Source: Pseudomonadota bacterium (GTDB lineage: Bacteria > Bdellovibrionota_B > Oligoflexia > Oligoflexales > CAIYRB01). From it: a stretch of 64,000 nt of DNA. The position numbers and the translations under genes are program-made. Where the stretch lies: the NCBI GenBank assembly GCA_031416315.1, contig JANOTL010000115.1:1-64000 (forward strand), written 5' to 3'. The notes under the pieces are model-generated. The model was given only the letters and a program-made list of their open reading frames with translations. It was not told the DNA's origin and did no database searches. Below, piece by piece: positions 48,322 to 57,693 of the stretch; the first letter of the stretch is position 1, and each line of letters begins with the position of its first letter.

Positions 48322-49221
48322 ATGAGCGGAATCGGCCTCTTCGTCACCGACATCGACAACACCCTTTTCGACTGGGTGCGCTATTACGTGCACGCTTTCT
48401 CCGCCTTGCTCGAGGCGGTCGAGACGGAGACGAAGGTGCCTTGGGTGATCCTCGCCGAGGAGGCGAAGGCGGTCTTCGTCGAGCACGGCTCGATCGAGTA
48501 CCCATTTCTGGTGCAAGAGCTCCCGACGGTCGCCAAGCACTACGGCGACGACATCGACGCGATGCTGGCGACGGTCGTGCGCGCGGCACGCCAGCGCTTC
48601 AACGTCGAGGCGGAGCGCTACTTGATTCCTTACGACGGCGTCTCGACCGCGCTCGGCGCCTTTCGCGCCGCGCATCCGGGCGTTCCCGTCGTCGCGTTGA
48701 CCGACGCGCCGCGTTACGTCGCGATGTGGAAGCTGAACAAGCTCGGCCTTTTGCAGCATTTCGACGCCGTCTACGGCTTGGCCGACCCGCGCATCCCGAC
48801 GTGCGCGAACGCGGGCCGCGTCAAGGTCGATCCCGAGATCCTCCTGAAGCATTTGCGGCAAAACGCCTTCGGCTTCAAAGGCCGTATCCGCATCCTGCCC
48901 GACGACTACGAGAAGCCGGGCACGAAGGGCTTGAAGACGGTGCTGATGGACTTCGACATGGACGAGGACCTGGCGCACCGCCAGCGCGTCGTCTGGGTCG
49001 GCGACAACCAGCGGAAGGACGTCGGCCTAGGCAAGCGCCTCGGCGTGAAGACGGCCTGGGCGAAGTACGGAAAGCCGGACCAGAGCCTTCTTCCGAAGCT
49101 GCACGCCTTCAGCCCCGCGCTCAACATCCACAAGAACGCGGCGCTGTCGGACGCGGAGATCGAGGGCTCCCGTCCCGATTACGTGCTCGAGACGTTCGCG
49201 GACATTATGACGATCGTTTGA
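48322..49221 (+). CDS. HAD-superfamily hydrolase
   Basis: TDIDNTLFDW (DxD), EKP, WVGDNQRKDV, WAKYG. Confidence 0.82.
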   Translation: MSGIGLFVTDIDNTLFDWVRYYVHAFSALLEAVETETKVPWVILAEEAKAVFVEHGSIEYPFLVQELPTVAKHYGDDIDAMLATVVRAARQRFNVEAERYLIPYDGVSTALGAFRAAHPGVPVVALTDAPRYVAMWKLNKLGLLQHFDAVYGLADPRIPTCANAGRVKVDPEILLKHLRQNAFGFKGRIRILPDDYEKPGTKGLKTVLMDFDMDEDLAHRQRVVWVGDNQRKDVGLGKRLGVKTAWAKYGKPDQSLLPKLHAFSPALNIHKNAALSDAEIEGSRPDYVLETFADIMTIV

Positions 49222-49242
49222 GGGTTCCGGGCACTTTGCGGG

Positions 49243-49884
49243 TCAGTCGAGGCGAACGCGCACGTCCCGCTTCTGATGCGCCTTCACCTGCAGCTTGCGC
49301 ACGACGACTTGGTGGCCTTCGGCCCAGACCTCGAGGCGAATGCGGCCAGGATCGACGGCGAAGTACTCGCCGGCCTCCGCCACCATGAGGCCGTCCACCA
49401 TCACGACGGCGTGCGGGGCGTCGACCATCACGCGGACGAAGGTGTCGGTGCGCGAGGGTTTGGCCTTCGGTTTCTTCCGGCCTTCGTAGCCGTCGAGGAA
49501 ATCGTACTCGGGCTCGTCGCGACCATCGTCGACGTTCATCTCGTGCGCGATCTCGGGGCAGACGCAATCGATGTCGCCTTCGCGGCAGACGTCGAGCGCG
49601 AGGCCGTTCTGGTCGGCGACGTAGCCGCGTTGGCCCTGCTCGAAGAAGAGGTCGAACTCGTCGGTCGCGCCCTCTTCGTAGTGCGAATCGACGTTCAGAT
49701 AGCCGTCGCCTTCTTCGAATTCATGCGCCGCACTCTCGAGCTGGGGCTCCCAGAACTCGACCTCCGCCGCTTGGCGAAGGTTCTCGTCCTGGGCGCGACT
49801 CTTCGTGAACTTCGACGGCGTGGAGCAGCTAGCGATGAGCGCGAGCACCCCGGCGCACATGAAAATGCGGACGACCTGTCCCAT
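49243..49884 (-). CDS. Hypothetical lipoprotein with a C-terminal PEGA-like domain
   Basis: Lipobox IASC; GGAGG upstream; APHAVVMVDG...VDPGRIRLEVWAEGH. Confidence 0.65.
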   Translation of the reverse strand: MGQVVRIFMCAGVLALIASCSTPSKFTKSRAQDENLRQAAEVEFWEPQLESAAHEFEEGDGYLNVDSHYEEGATDEFDLFFEQGQRGYVADQNGLALDVCREGDIDCVCPEIAHEMNVDDGRDEPEYDFLDGYEGRKKPKAKPSRTDTFVRVMVDAPHAVVMVDGLMVAEAGEYFAVDPGRIRLEVWAEGHQVVVRKLQVKAHQKRDVRVRLD

Positions 49885-49961
49885 GGAAAACCTCCCTGTA
49901 AGCTTCTGAAGAGCTTTTCGGAAGATTTGGCCAGAGCCGCAAACGGCAGCGAATTTGCCGG

Positions 49962-50531
49962 TCAATTTAGGTAGGTGTGCTCGGTCGGAACCAAGGTTCT
50001 CGCCGTCGCTCCGAGGGCGGCCATCGCGCGCTCCCAGAGCTCTCGCCAGTTGGTGTCGAAGACCATCGCATGGGTCGCGTGCGCTTGAAGCCACGCTCCC
50101 GCCATCAGCTCTTCCTGCAGCTGCCCCGCACCCCAGCCCGAATAGCCGACGAGAAAGCGGAAAGGATAGAGGGGCGACCCTTCGCGCGGCGCGGCCAGAG
50201 CTTGATCGAGCATGCTTTCGGACGCGCTCACCGTCACCGCGAGCGGGGCTCCGGGCGTCACGTCGCTGCCTTCGAGCGGCGCCAGGACCAGGCCCGCGCG
50301 CGTCTCCACCGGGCCGCCGAACCAGGCCTTCAGATCGGCGTCGATCTCGGCTTCGAGGTCCGAGGCATCGATGAGCTCGCTCAAGGGCACGTCGGTCGGA
50401 CGATTGAGCACGAAGCCCATCGAGCCGTTCGGTCCGTGCTCGACGATCAGCACGACGCTGCGGTTGAAGTTGGGATCGGTGAGCTGCGGCGTTGCAATCA
50501 GCAACCACGGCAGCGAGAGCTCACGACTCAT
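49962..50531 (-). CDS. YqgE/AlgH family protein (UPF0301)
   Basis: LLIATPQLTDPNFNRSVVL, GFVLNRP, FGGPV, GYSGWGAGQLQEEL. Confidence 0.92.
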   Translation of the reverse strand: MSRELSLPWLLIATPQLTDPNFNRSVVLIVEHGPNGSMGFVLNRPTDVPLSELIDASDLEAEIDADLKAWFGGPVETRAGLVLAPLEGSDVTPGAPLAVTVSASESMLDQALAAPREGSPLYPFRFLVGYSGWGAGQLQEELMAGAWLQAHATHAMVFDTNWRELWERAMAALGATARTLVPTEHTYLN

Positions 50532-50715
50532 GTTCCGACCTTTTCCGGCGCGCTGTGCAAATAGTGAACAATTTGATGCGATCGGGGCCTGGTTGACGCG
50601 AACTTAAATTCAGGGTCAAACGCCCGCCGCGCCCTCCATTCTGGCTCGATCTTGCCATCTGGGCCAGGACTTTCGGCTTGAGCTACGCCTGTTTTTTGGG
50701 CAGAATTTCCATATC

Positions 50716-51759
50716 ATGCAGCGAAATCTTCATCAGCGTTCGAAAGCCGCTTTCGCGGCCGCCTGTCTCGCCCTCGCGGTCGAGGGGCCGGCAGCGTTCG
50801 GCCACAGCGTACGGCAGAAGCTCGGCGGCTACGCTGACTCCGACGGGACGACTCGCCAGCGCATAGGCTTGGACGCCGCCATAGAGCCCGCCGCGGGCGA
50901 GACGCTGACTGCCTCGAGCTATACGTTGTCGATTCTTCGTGACGCCTATCAAGCCAGCGACGCCGCGACCAACGAGTACGACCGTGAGGTCTACGGATCG
51001 GGCTACCGGTTAAATCGCACGGCGACCGTCGCCACCAATCAAACCTGGAACCGGGTCACCGAGACCAGGGTCCTCGGCTCTTACGCTACGGACGACCGCG
51101 TGCGCTCGCGGACCTGGTCGGCCGGCGCGAGCCAATGGTTCAGACACGAGACGCTGCGCGTCGGCATCGACCTGTCGCGCACCGTCGTCGAACAGCCGCT
51201 CTACCAGATCCTCGACTTCGACTCGCGCGAGATCGGCAACCCGACGGTGCTCTCTTCCGTCGGCGCGAGCCTCGGCGTGCGGCATCTCGCGACGCCGACC
51301 TTGATCTTGGATTACGCGGTCACGCGCCTCGAGGCGGAGAACCGCCCTCCGGCCCACGTCGCCTCGATCGGCGCCCGCCGCTTCGTGCCGGCGCTCGACG
51401 GCGCGGCCCATGCGATCCTGACGCGCGGTGACAACCGGGGCCGGGTCGACGAGACCTCGACTTACGGCGAGGTCGACGCTTGGCAGGCCGAGGCGGCCTG
51501 GGTGCAAAACCTATGGAAAGGCGGTCTCGCCCGCCTCGGCTACCGTTATTACCAGGAAGACGAGACGACGCGGGCCTACCGCGATCGGAAAGTCTTCGGC
51601 TCCGATACGGTGACCTTGGGCCTCAGCCAGGAGCTGCGGCCGTCGAAGGACGGGACCTTGCCGGTTCCCGTCACGCTCGACGCGGCCGCGGGCCGCTATC
51701 TGACGAATGCCGGCATTTCCGCACGCAGCTTCGAGGCGGGCCTCACGGCGCGCTTCTAG
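50716..51759 (+). CDS. Outer-membrane beta-barrel protein, DUF3570-like
   Basis: Signal peptide, amphipathic strands, ENRP and YRYYQE motifs, C-terminal F; directly precedes a DUF4266-like gene. Confidence 0.6.
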   Translation: MQRNLHQRSKAAFAAACLALAVEGPAAFGHSVRQKLGGYADSDGTTRQRIGLDAAIEPAAGETLTASSYTLSILRDAYQASDAATNEYDREVYGSGYRLNRTATVATNQTWNRVTETRVLGSYATDDRVRSRTWSAGASQWFRHETLRVGIDLSRTVVEQPLYQILDFDSREIGNPTVLSSVGASLGVRHLATPTLILDYAVTRLEAENRPPAHVASIGARRFVPALDGAAHAILTRGDNRGRVDETSTYGEVDAWQAEAAWVQNLWKGGLARLGYRYYQEDETTRAYRDRKVFGSDTVTLGLSQELRPSKDGTLPVPVTLDAAAGRYLTNAGISARSFEAGLTARF

Positions 51760-51783
51760 TCTGATTCATGGTTCGGGGGGAAC

Positions 51784-52023
51784 ATGGATATGAAATTTGC
51801 CGCGGCAACCGTGCTCGCGATGCTCGCCGCTGCCGTCTTGCAGGGATGCGAGACCGTGAAGCCTTATGAAAAAGAGTATCTGCTGTCGCCCGCGATGGAC
51901 GACGCCGCGGTGTCGCGGCTCGATGCCGCGGTCATGAGCTCCGCAGCCCAGGGCTACGAGAAGCTCGGCAAAGGCGGTCCCGGCGCCGGCGGCGGCAGCT
52001 CTTGCCCGACGTGCGGAGGCTGA
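51784..52023 (+). CDS. Small lipoprotein, DUF4266-like
   Basis: LQGCETVKPYEKEYLLSPAM; Gly-rich C-terminus ending SSCPTCGG. Confidence 0.75.
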   Translation: MDMKFAAATVLAMLAAAVLQGCETVKPYEKEYLLSPAMDDAAVSRLDAAVMSSAAQGYEKLGKGGPGAGGGSSCPTCGG

Positions 52024-52025
52024 CC

Positions 52026-53897
52026 ATGCGCTTCGCCCAGCTCGCGGCCCTCGCCGCCCTCATCGTGACGACCTCGGCTTGCGCCTCGAAGCTCAAGCGT
52101 CAGCTCACCGACAACACACCGGAAAGCCGGAGCGTCGAAGAGGCGCTGGACACGAGTCAGATCAACTTCACCGACTTCGCGAGCGGCGCGACCGTGAACC
52201 TGAAGGCCTACATGGAGGCCTCGGACCGCGACTACCTGCTTCTGACCTTTGGATCCAAAGGCTGCACCGCCTGTAACGAGAAGGCAGCGCTACTCACTAA
52301 GGACGTGATCGGGAAGCACTCGCTCTTTTTGACTGATCCCGGCAAGCGCTTCGAGATCGTCGGAGTGAACACCGACTCCGAGCCCGCGAAGCGCCTAGCC
52401 GGCTACCTCGGCAAGTTCCCGTACATCCGTTGGTCGGACCCTGCCGGGCTCGGCATGATCGGTCACTTCGTGCCGCCCGGGCGCAAGTTCGGCGTCCCAG
52501 TGACGGTGATGGTCAGCCGCACCGGCATCGCTTGGCGGATCATGCCCGAGGAGTCGACCTCGATCGAGATCCTGATCGAGAAGGTCGAGATCACCCTGCA
52601 ACTGCGCGGTGGCGAGGCCGCCGGCACGGGAGAAGGCGGTGACGACGGCGGCGCGGCCGACGGACCGGCGGTGGACGGCTCCGGGGACGCGAGCGATGCG
52701 AGCGACGCTAGCGACGGAACAGGGGCCGAAGACGCCGGCACGACCGATGCGGACGACGGTACCGACGGCGCGACGACCGACGGCGGCAGCACGGACGCGA
52801 CTGGCGATGGCGGCGCGACCGATGCGGTCGACGGATCCGACGATGGCGATGGCGTCGTGCCGACCGATCTGGCGAGCATGACCCCCGGACGGTTGAAGCG
52901 AGTCACGGTGAAAGGCTGCGACGGCGTCGAGCAGAACCTCGCGGCCGCGCTCGGGTCAGCCGACTACCGTTTCGTCTCCGTCGTTCGCGGGGCCTGCGGC
53001 CCGGCGTGCGAGGCACAGATGCGCGCCTTGAAGTACGTGAAAGAGCGCTGTGCGCGGCTGAGCTGCGCGGTGGCGACCTTGTTTACTGACGGAATTGCCC
53101 CACAGATCTGCGCCACAAGCGACCGCGTCCCCGTTTACGAGGGTGGCGCGAGCTTCTTCTCCGTTTTCAAGACGCATTTCGATTGGTCCTACACTCCCAT
53201 CGAGCACGCGGACTTTTCATTGGAAATGCCTCCGGTCGAAGGGCCTCTCCTCTTGGGCTTCGCCCGCGACGGCACCCTCGTTCATTCAATCGAGGGAATG
53301 GTCGATGAGGCGGCCCTCGCCGAATTGGTCGAAGGCCCGGCCATTGGCGAGGTTGCCCGCGGCCCTGACTTCCGGCTCTTCGACAAGGCCCGAGGCGAGT
53401 TCGGCTTCGCAGACTTGAGGCGCCAAGCCAAGTACACCGTCGTCTCGGCATGGAGCGCTTTTCCGCTGTGCCAGCCATGTATCGAGGAGCTGGTGTACTG
53501 GAGCCAGCCCGGCAAGCTGGTGGACTTCTGCGCCGCGCGCCCTGGAGAATGTCAGCTTGCAGCCCTTGAGCTGCACGAGCCAGCTGCCGATCAGTCCCTG
53601 GAGTCCTATTTCGACGACGTCCTCACCGGACGGCTTCCCGAGTTCGACGGCATGAACGCACGCGGTGTGCGCATTCCGCTCCTCCTCGATCCGAAGCCGG
53701 TGAGCGGCCCGCTCGGCAACGGTTACCTGTTCCGCTTCTTCGATGGCTACATGAGCGCAGCGTTTCCGGAAATGGGATACGATCCGCGTACTTTAATCTA
53801 CGACCGCGAAGGCAAGATCGTCGGTGCGTTTCGCTCCGAGACACCGACGGAAGCACATGATCCTGTGTTTGAGCTGCTTGAGAGTTTAGTCGACTAA
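52026..53897 (+). CDS. Lipoprotein with multiple thioredoxin-like domains and an acidic linker
   Basis: Lipobox TSAC; GCTAC, CGPAC and LCQPC motifs; FGVPVT and YDPRTLIYDREGKIV Trx-type ends. Confidence 0.7.
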   Translation: MRFAQLAALAALIVTTSACASKLKRQLTDNTPESRSVEEALDTSQINFTDFASGATVNLKAYMEASDRDYLLLTFGSKGCTACNEKAALLTKDVIGKHSLFLTDPGKRFEIVGVNTDSEPAKRLAGYLGKFPYIRWSDPAGLGMIGHFVPPGRKFGVPVTVMVSRTGIAWRIMPEESTSIEILIEKVEITLQLRGGEAAGTGEGGDDGGAADGPAVDGSGDASDASDASDGTGAEDAGTTDADDGTDGATTDGGSTDATGDGGATDAVDGSDDGDGVVPTDLASMTPGRLKRVTVKGCDGVEQNLAAALGSADYRFVSVVRGACGPACEAQMRALKYVKERCARLSCAVATLFTDGIAPQICATSDRVPVYEGGASFFSVFKTHFDWSYTPIEHADFSLEMPPVEGPLLLGFARDGTLVHSIEGMVDEAALAELVEGPAIGEVARGPDFRLFDKARGEFGFADLRRQAKYTVVSAWSAFPLCQPCIEELVYWSQPGKLVDFCAARPGECQLAALELHEPAADQSLESYFDDVLTGRLPEFDGMNARGVRIPLLLDPKPVSGPLGNGYLFRFFDGYMSAAFPEMGYDPRTLIYDREGKIVGAFRSETPTEAHDPVFELLESLVD

Positions 53898-53908
53898 TGG
53901 GGGGAACC

Positions 53909-54427
53909 ATGAAAGTCGCTCGTTATCTCATCCTGTCCTTGGGCCTATTCGCGACAAACGCGCAGGCCGTCGTCGTCGGTGAGGGTTTAGGCGCCCTAAA
54001 GGTGGCCGCACACAGCGGCACGCCTCTGACGCCCGAGCTGCTGACCGGCAAGATCACCTTGATCAACTTCTGGGCCACGTGGTGCGCGGCCTGCAAGGTC
54101 GAGATCATCGAGATGGAAGACCAGCTGAAAGAGCAGCTCGTCGACAAGGACTTCCAGGTCGCCTTCGTCTCGCTCGACAAAGAGTCGAGCAAGGCCGTCG
54201 ACTGGTTTCAGAAAAATCTGAAGGAGCCGGACCGCCTCCTGAAGCATCTCTACTTCGACGGCGGCTTCGAGCTCGCCGATCGCTTGGGCGTCGACAGCTT
54301 CCCGTTGACCCTGATCATCGGCCGCGACGGCAAGATCGCGCACGTTCAGAAGGGCTTTAAAGAAGGCCAAGGCTCCACCGAGCAGTTGGCGAAGATCTCC
54401 GAGGAGCTGCTGAAAGCGGCCCACTGA
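53909..54427 (+). CDS. TlpA-family thiol-disulfide oxidoreductase
   Basis: LINFWATWCAACK, VSLD, FPLTLIIGRDGKI. Confidence 0.9.
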   Translation: MKVARYLILSLGLFATNAQAVVVGEGLGALKVAAHSGTPLTPELLTGKITLINFWATWCAACKVEIIEMEDQLKEQLVDKDFQVAFVSLDKESSKAVDWFQKNLKEPDRLLKHLYFDGGFELADRLGVDSFPLTLIIGRDGKIAHVQKGFKEGQGSTEQLAKISEELLKAAH

Positions 54428-54445
54428 GTCCGGGGCCGCCGGGCC

Positions 54446-55093
54446 TCACTCGGTCATGCAGCTCGCGACGTAAGCCTTCTTCTCGGCATCGGTGGTCGGC
54501 ACCGGGGGGGCAACGTCGACGAACTGCTGGAAGCAGACGCTGATCACTTTGCCCTTGTTCAAGAACTTGCAGTCCTTGGTCGAGGTCGAGGCGTTCTTCA
54601 CGAAGTATTGGGCGATGATCTTGGTGCCGTCGTTCGACGCGCCGCAGCCGATCAGCTTCGCTCCGGCGTTCTGCTGCTTGTCGAGCGGCGAGGTCGAGAG
54701 CGTGAGGTTGGTGATCTCGGCCTTGATCGAGGCGTAGCTGCACTCCCACAAGGCTTTGCCCATGGTGGTGCAGCCTTTGGCGTCGAAATTGTAGAGCTTG
54801 TCCTGCTTCAGGCAATCCTGAACGTCCTGCGGGTACTCGAGCTTGGCGAAGTCTTTCTCGGGATCGCAGTCGACCTCGAGCGGACCGGTGTCCTCGGGCG
54901 AGCCCGTTCCCGTGTCCTCGGGCTCGGTCGGCTTGGCTTGCGGCTCGGTCGGCGGACTGAACGGCGGCGGCGTCGCGGGCTTTTTCGGCGAGGCTTCTCT
55001 CGCGCTCGGCGCGACCGGTTTGGCATCGGTACAGGCCACGGCGCAAACGCCGAAGGCGACAAAGGCGGCGATGAGATGCATGCGGTTTTCCAT
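54446..55093 (-). CDS. Cys-rich hypothetical lipoprotein
   Basis: Lipobox AVAC, Pro-rich linker, eight further cysteines. Confidence 0.7.
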   Translation of the reverse strand: MENRMHLIAAFVAFGVCAVACTDAKPVAPSAREASPKKPATPPPFSPPTEPQAKPTEPEDTGTGSPEDTGPLEVDCDPEKDFAKLEYPQDVQDCLKQDKLYNFDAKGCTTMGKALWECSYASIKAEITNLTLSTSPLDKQQNAGAKLIGCGASNDGTKIIAQYFVKNASTSTKDCKFLNKGKVISVCFQQFVDVAPPVPTTDAEKKAYVASCMTE

Positions 55094-55219
55094 GTCGGGC
55101 CTATCGGCAGCTCGGCGCCTTTCCTTGAGGCTCAATCGCCCAAACGCTTTCCCCTTGAATCGACGCGGGAATCCGCTACTGTTTGGAAGAAATGCCAGCG
55201 AATTTCAGGAGTCCTCGCA

Positions 55220-57091
55220 ATGAGACGCTACGTCTTTCTCCTTTCCGCCTTGGTCCTTTTGCCCGCCTGCCGCTCGACGACCGGTGAAACCCAGGAGCTG
55301 AAGTCGGTCGAGGTCTCCGGCGCCACGCCGGAAGGCGGCGGCGCCGTCTACTTCGCGGAAGGCGGCAAAGTCTATCGGTTCGCTTGCAGCGCCAAGACCT
55401 TGGCCGAGATCCCCGACGGCGTCACGCTCGACGACCCGGCGGCCGTGCGCAAGTACTGCGCCGAGCGTCCGGCGAAGAGCGGCGCCCCGACGCTCGCGGC
55501 GTTCGAGAGCGCGCTTTCCGGGGCGTACATGACCCTGGTCGAGGACACCGAGCTGAACGAGATGGAGAAGCTCGTTCTGCAGAACATCACGCAGGCCCTT
55601 CCCGGCGGCTCCGCCTCGAAGAAGCCGCTGAAGCTCGAGCGCGCCGCGCGCCCGGCCGGCGACCAGATCGCTGCGCGCTTTGCCGGACTCTTCGACGCGG
55701 CCTACGACGGAACCAGCGCCGCGCGGCCTCTAGCCGCGCCCGAGGACACCGCCGGCGGCAACGGCCTTAACCTCGCCGGCGCGACCAACGTCGCCGTCGG
55801 CACGCTCAGCTTCAAGACGAACTTCCCGTCCAACACGAACTTCAACCTTGCCGTCGTCGGCAATGCTTCGGCCGTCGCCGTCGACACCCTGATGCCCACG
55901 ACCACCTTGACCCCGAGCGGGACCTGTCGCGCGCAGCCGATCGGCATCGCGAGCGTCACGGCGATGACCCCGAGCGGGCCGGCGAGCGTGCCAGTCTCTG
56001 CCCATCCGATGAAGCCGGGCGCGTTCCGCATCAACGGCGGCGCCGCGGTGCGCGTGCAGTCGGTGACCGTCACCGTGCGCCGTTCCGGCCTTCTCGGCGG
56101 CAACCAGACGTGCAGCCTGCGCCTCGTTGGCGAAGCAACCGACACGCCGCCGCCGCCGCCGCCCCCCAACGACCGCGACGGCGCGATGAAGGGCCTCATG
56201 GCGCAACGCACGCATCGCATGTGGCACTTCCTGTGGCACGGCATCCGGAACGCTTGGCCGTCGATGACGACGTCGCAGAAGAACAGCATCCGCAACACCC
56301 TCGGCGCCGAATGGGGTCGCAGCAACACCGAGACGCAGGCGAATCCGGCGCCGAACAAAGGCGAAGAATTCCTGCACATGCACCGAGGCATGCTCCTCAC
56401 GCTGAGGGAGTACCTCGGCGCTGCGAAGATGTACGAGGCGTGGAAGGCGGTCCCGACGCCACAAGACACGGGCTTCCCGGTTCCCGGGGGCAATACCTCG
56501 CAGTCGAACGCCGAATACACGCAACGCATCGTCCCTTGGCAGACCCAGGCGATGGATGCCGGGCGCCTCAAGACCATGACGCTTTCCGCCTACGGCGAAT
56601 GGATCGAGCGCACGCTCCACAATACGATGCACATGCGCTGGGCCGACAGCAGCAAGGCGAGCCTCGAAGGCATGCAGGATATCTTCCAGACGCCGCAGGC
56701 CGCGTGGGACGATCCGAACGCCGACTACCTAGGCTCGACTTATTCCTCGCACGTAAACCCGATCTTCTATCGTCTCCACGGCTTCGTCGACGCGCGCATC
56801 GAGGACTGGCTGAAGGCGAACAACTTCACGTCGATCGCCGACAACTGTGCCGGCGTCGCCAAGTGCTACCAATGGAAAGGCGTGTGGGACGGCCCCTTGC
56901 CGCCGCGGCAGACGCCGTTGCCGCAGTCCGCGCCGGCTCTCGGTGCGGACCCGGAGACCGGCGTGATGCGCGACATCCACGATCACGGCTTCGACCCCGA
57001 CGCTTTCGAGAAGCTCTCCCGGTCCCTTAGGCGCCTGATCCGCGAGAATTCGAACATGTTCCCGGTCCTCGACGACGCCGAGCTCGATTGA
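55220..57091 (+). CDS. Lipoprotein with a C-terminal PvdP-like type-3 copper (tyrosinase) domain
   Basis: Lipobox LPAC; HRMWHFLWH, GEEFLHMHRGML, LHNTMHMRWA, YLGSTYSSHVNPIFYRLHGFVDARIEDW. Confidence 0.78.
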   Translation: MRRYVFLLSALVLLPACRSTTGETQELKSVEVSGATPEGGGAVYFAEGGKVYRFACSAKTLAEIPDGVTLDDPAAVRKYCAERPAKSGAPTLAAFESALSGAYMTLVEDTELNEMEKLVLQNITQALPGGSASKKPLKLERAARPAGDQIAARFAGLFDAAYDGTSAARPLAAPEDTAGGNGLNLAGATNVAVGTLSFKTNFPSNTNFNLAVVGNASAVAVDTLMPTTTLTPSGTCRAQPIGIASVTAMTPSGPASVPVSAHPMKPGAFRINGGAAVRVQSVTVTVRRSGLLGGNQTCSLRLVGEATDTPPPPPPPNDRDGAMKGLMAQRTHRMWHFLWHGIRNAWPSMTTSQKNSIRNTLGAEWGRSNTETQANPAPNKGEEFLHMHRGMLLTLREYLGAAKMYEAWKAVPTPQDTGFPVPGGNTSQSNAEYTQRIVPWQTQAMDAGRLKTMTLSAYGEWIERTLHNTMHMRWADSSKASLEGMQDIFQTPQAAWDDPNADYLGSTYSSHVNPIFYRLHGFVDARIEDWLKANNFTSIADNCAGVAKCYQWKGVWDGPLPPRQTPLPQSAPALGADPETGVMRDIHDHGFDPDAFEKLSRSLRRLIRENSNMFPVLDDAELD

Positions 57092-57131
57092 TGCCTCGGC
57101 TCGTCTTCGGAACGTTCGCGATGGATAGGGG

Positions 57132-57575
57132 TTAGGGTGCGGGCGTCAGGGAAAGCTGGCGCAAGCTCTTCAGCTCGAGGCCGCCGACCTTCACGGTGAC
57201 GGTCTCGCTCAGCTCGACGCCGGCCTTCTGCAGGACGACGCGGACCGTGCCGTTCACTTTGCCGGTCGGCAGGCCCGCGGCGCAGCCAATGTCGGCGCCG
57301 AGACGGCCGACGGCAGGGTAGTGGCTCAAGCTCACGTAGCGCCACAGATCGGGGAAGGTGAGCTCGAGCTCGCCGTCCACCGGATACTGTGGGTGCGGTA
57401 CGCTCGCGAGACAGCGGAACGCGGCGCCGTCGAAGTCGAAGGCGACGTCGGTCCAAGTACGGTCGCTCAGGACTTGCGCCGGGGCGGCCTCGGCGCGTGA
57501 GGGGAGGGCGAGCGCCAAGAGGGCGGCCGCGGTCGCGAGGAAGTGCAGTTTGTGGAGACGGTGGGGCGTGGGCAT
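57132..57575 (-). CDS. Secreted hypothetical protein
   Basis: Signal peptide ending AEA-AP; GGAGG upstream. Confidence 0.6.
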   Translation of the reverse strand: MPTPHRLHKLHFLATAAALLALALPSRAEAAPAQVLSDRTWTDVAFDFDGAAFRCLASVPHPQYPVDGELELTFPDLWRYVSLSHYPAVGRLGADIGCAAGLPTGKVNGTVRVVLQKAGVELSETVTVKVGGLELKSLRQLSLTPAP

Positions 57576-57589
57576 TTTGATGACCTCCG

Positions 57590-57655
57590 ATTTTCATTGT
57601 AATGTAAAATGAGCGCAATCCATAATAATTATTGAAATATCGGATAAAATTAGAT
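57590..57655. promoter_or_regulatory. AT-rich divergent promoter region upstream of the crt operon
   Basis: Strongly AT-rich stretch in a GC-rich background, with dyads TTTTCATT-GT-AATGTAAAA and AATAATTATT. Confidence 0.5.
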
Positions 57656-57693
57656 GGTTCGCCGGCCCGCCAGCCAGTGCTAAGGTGGGCCCG

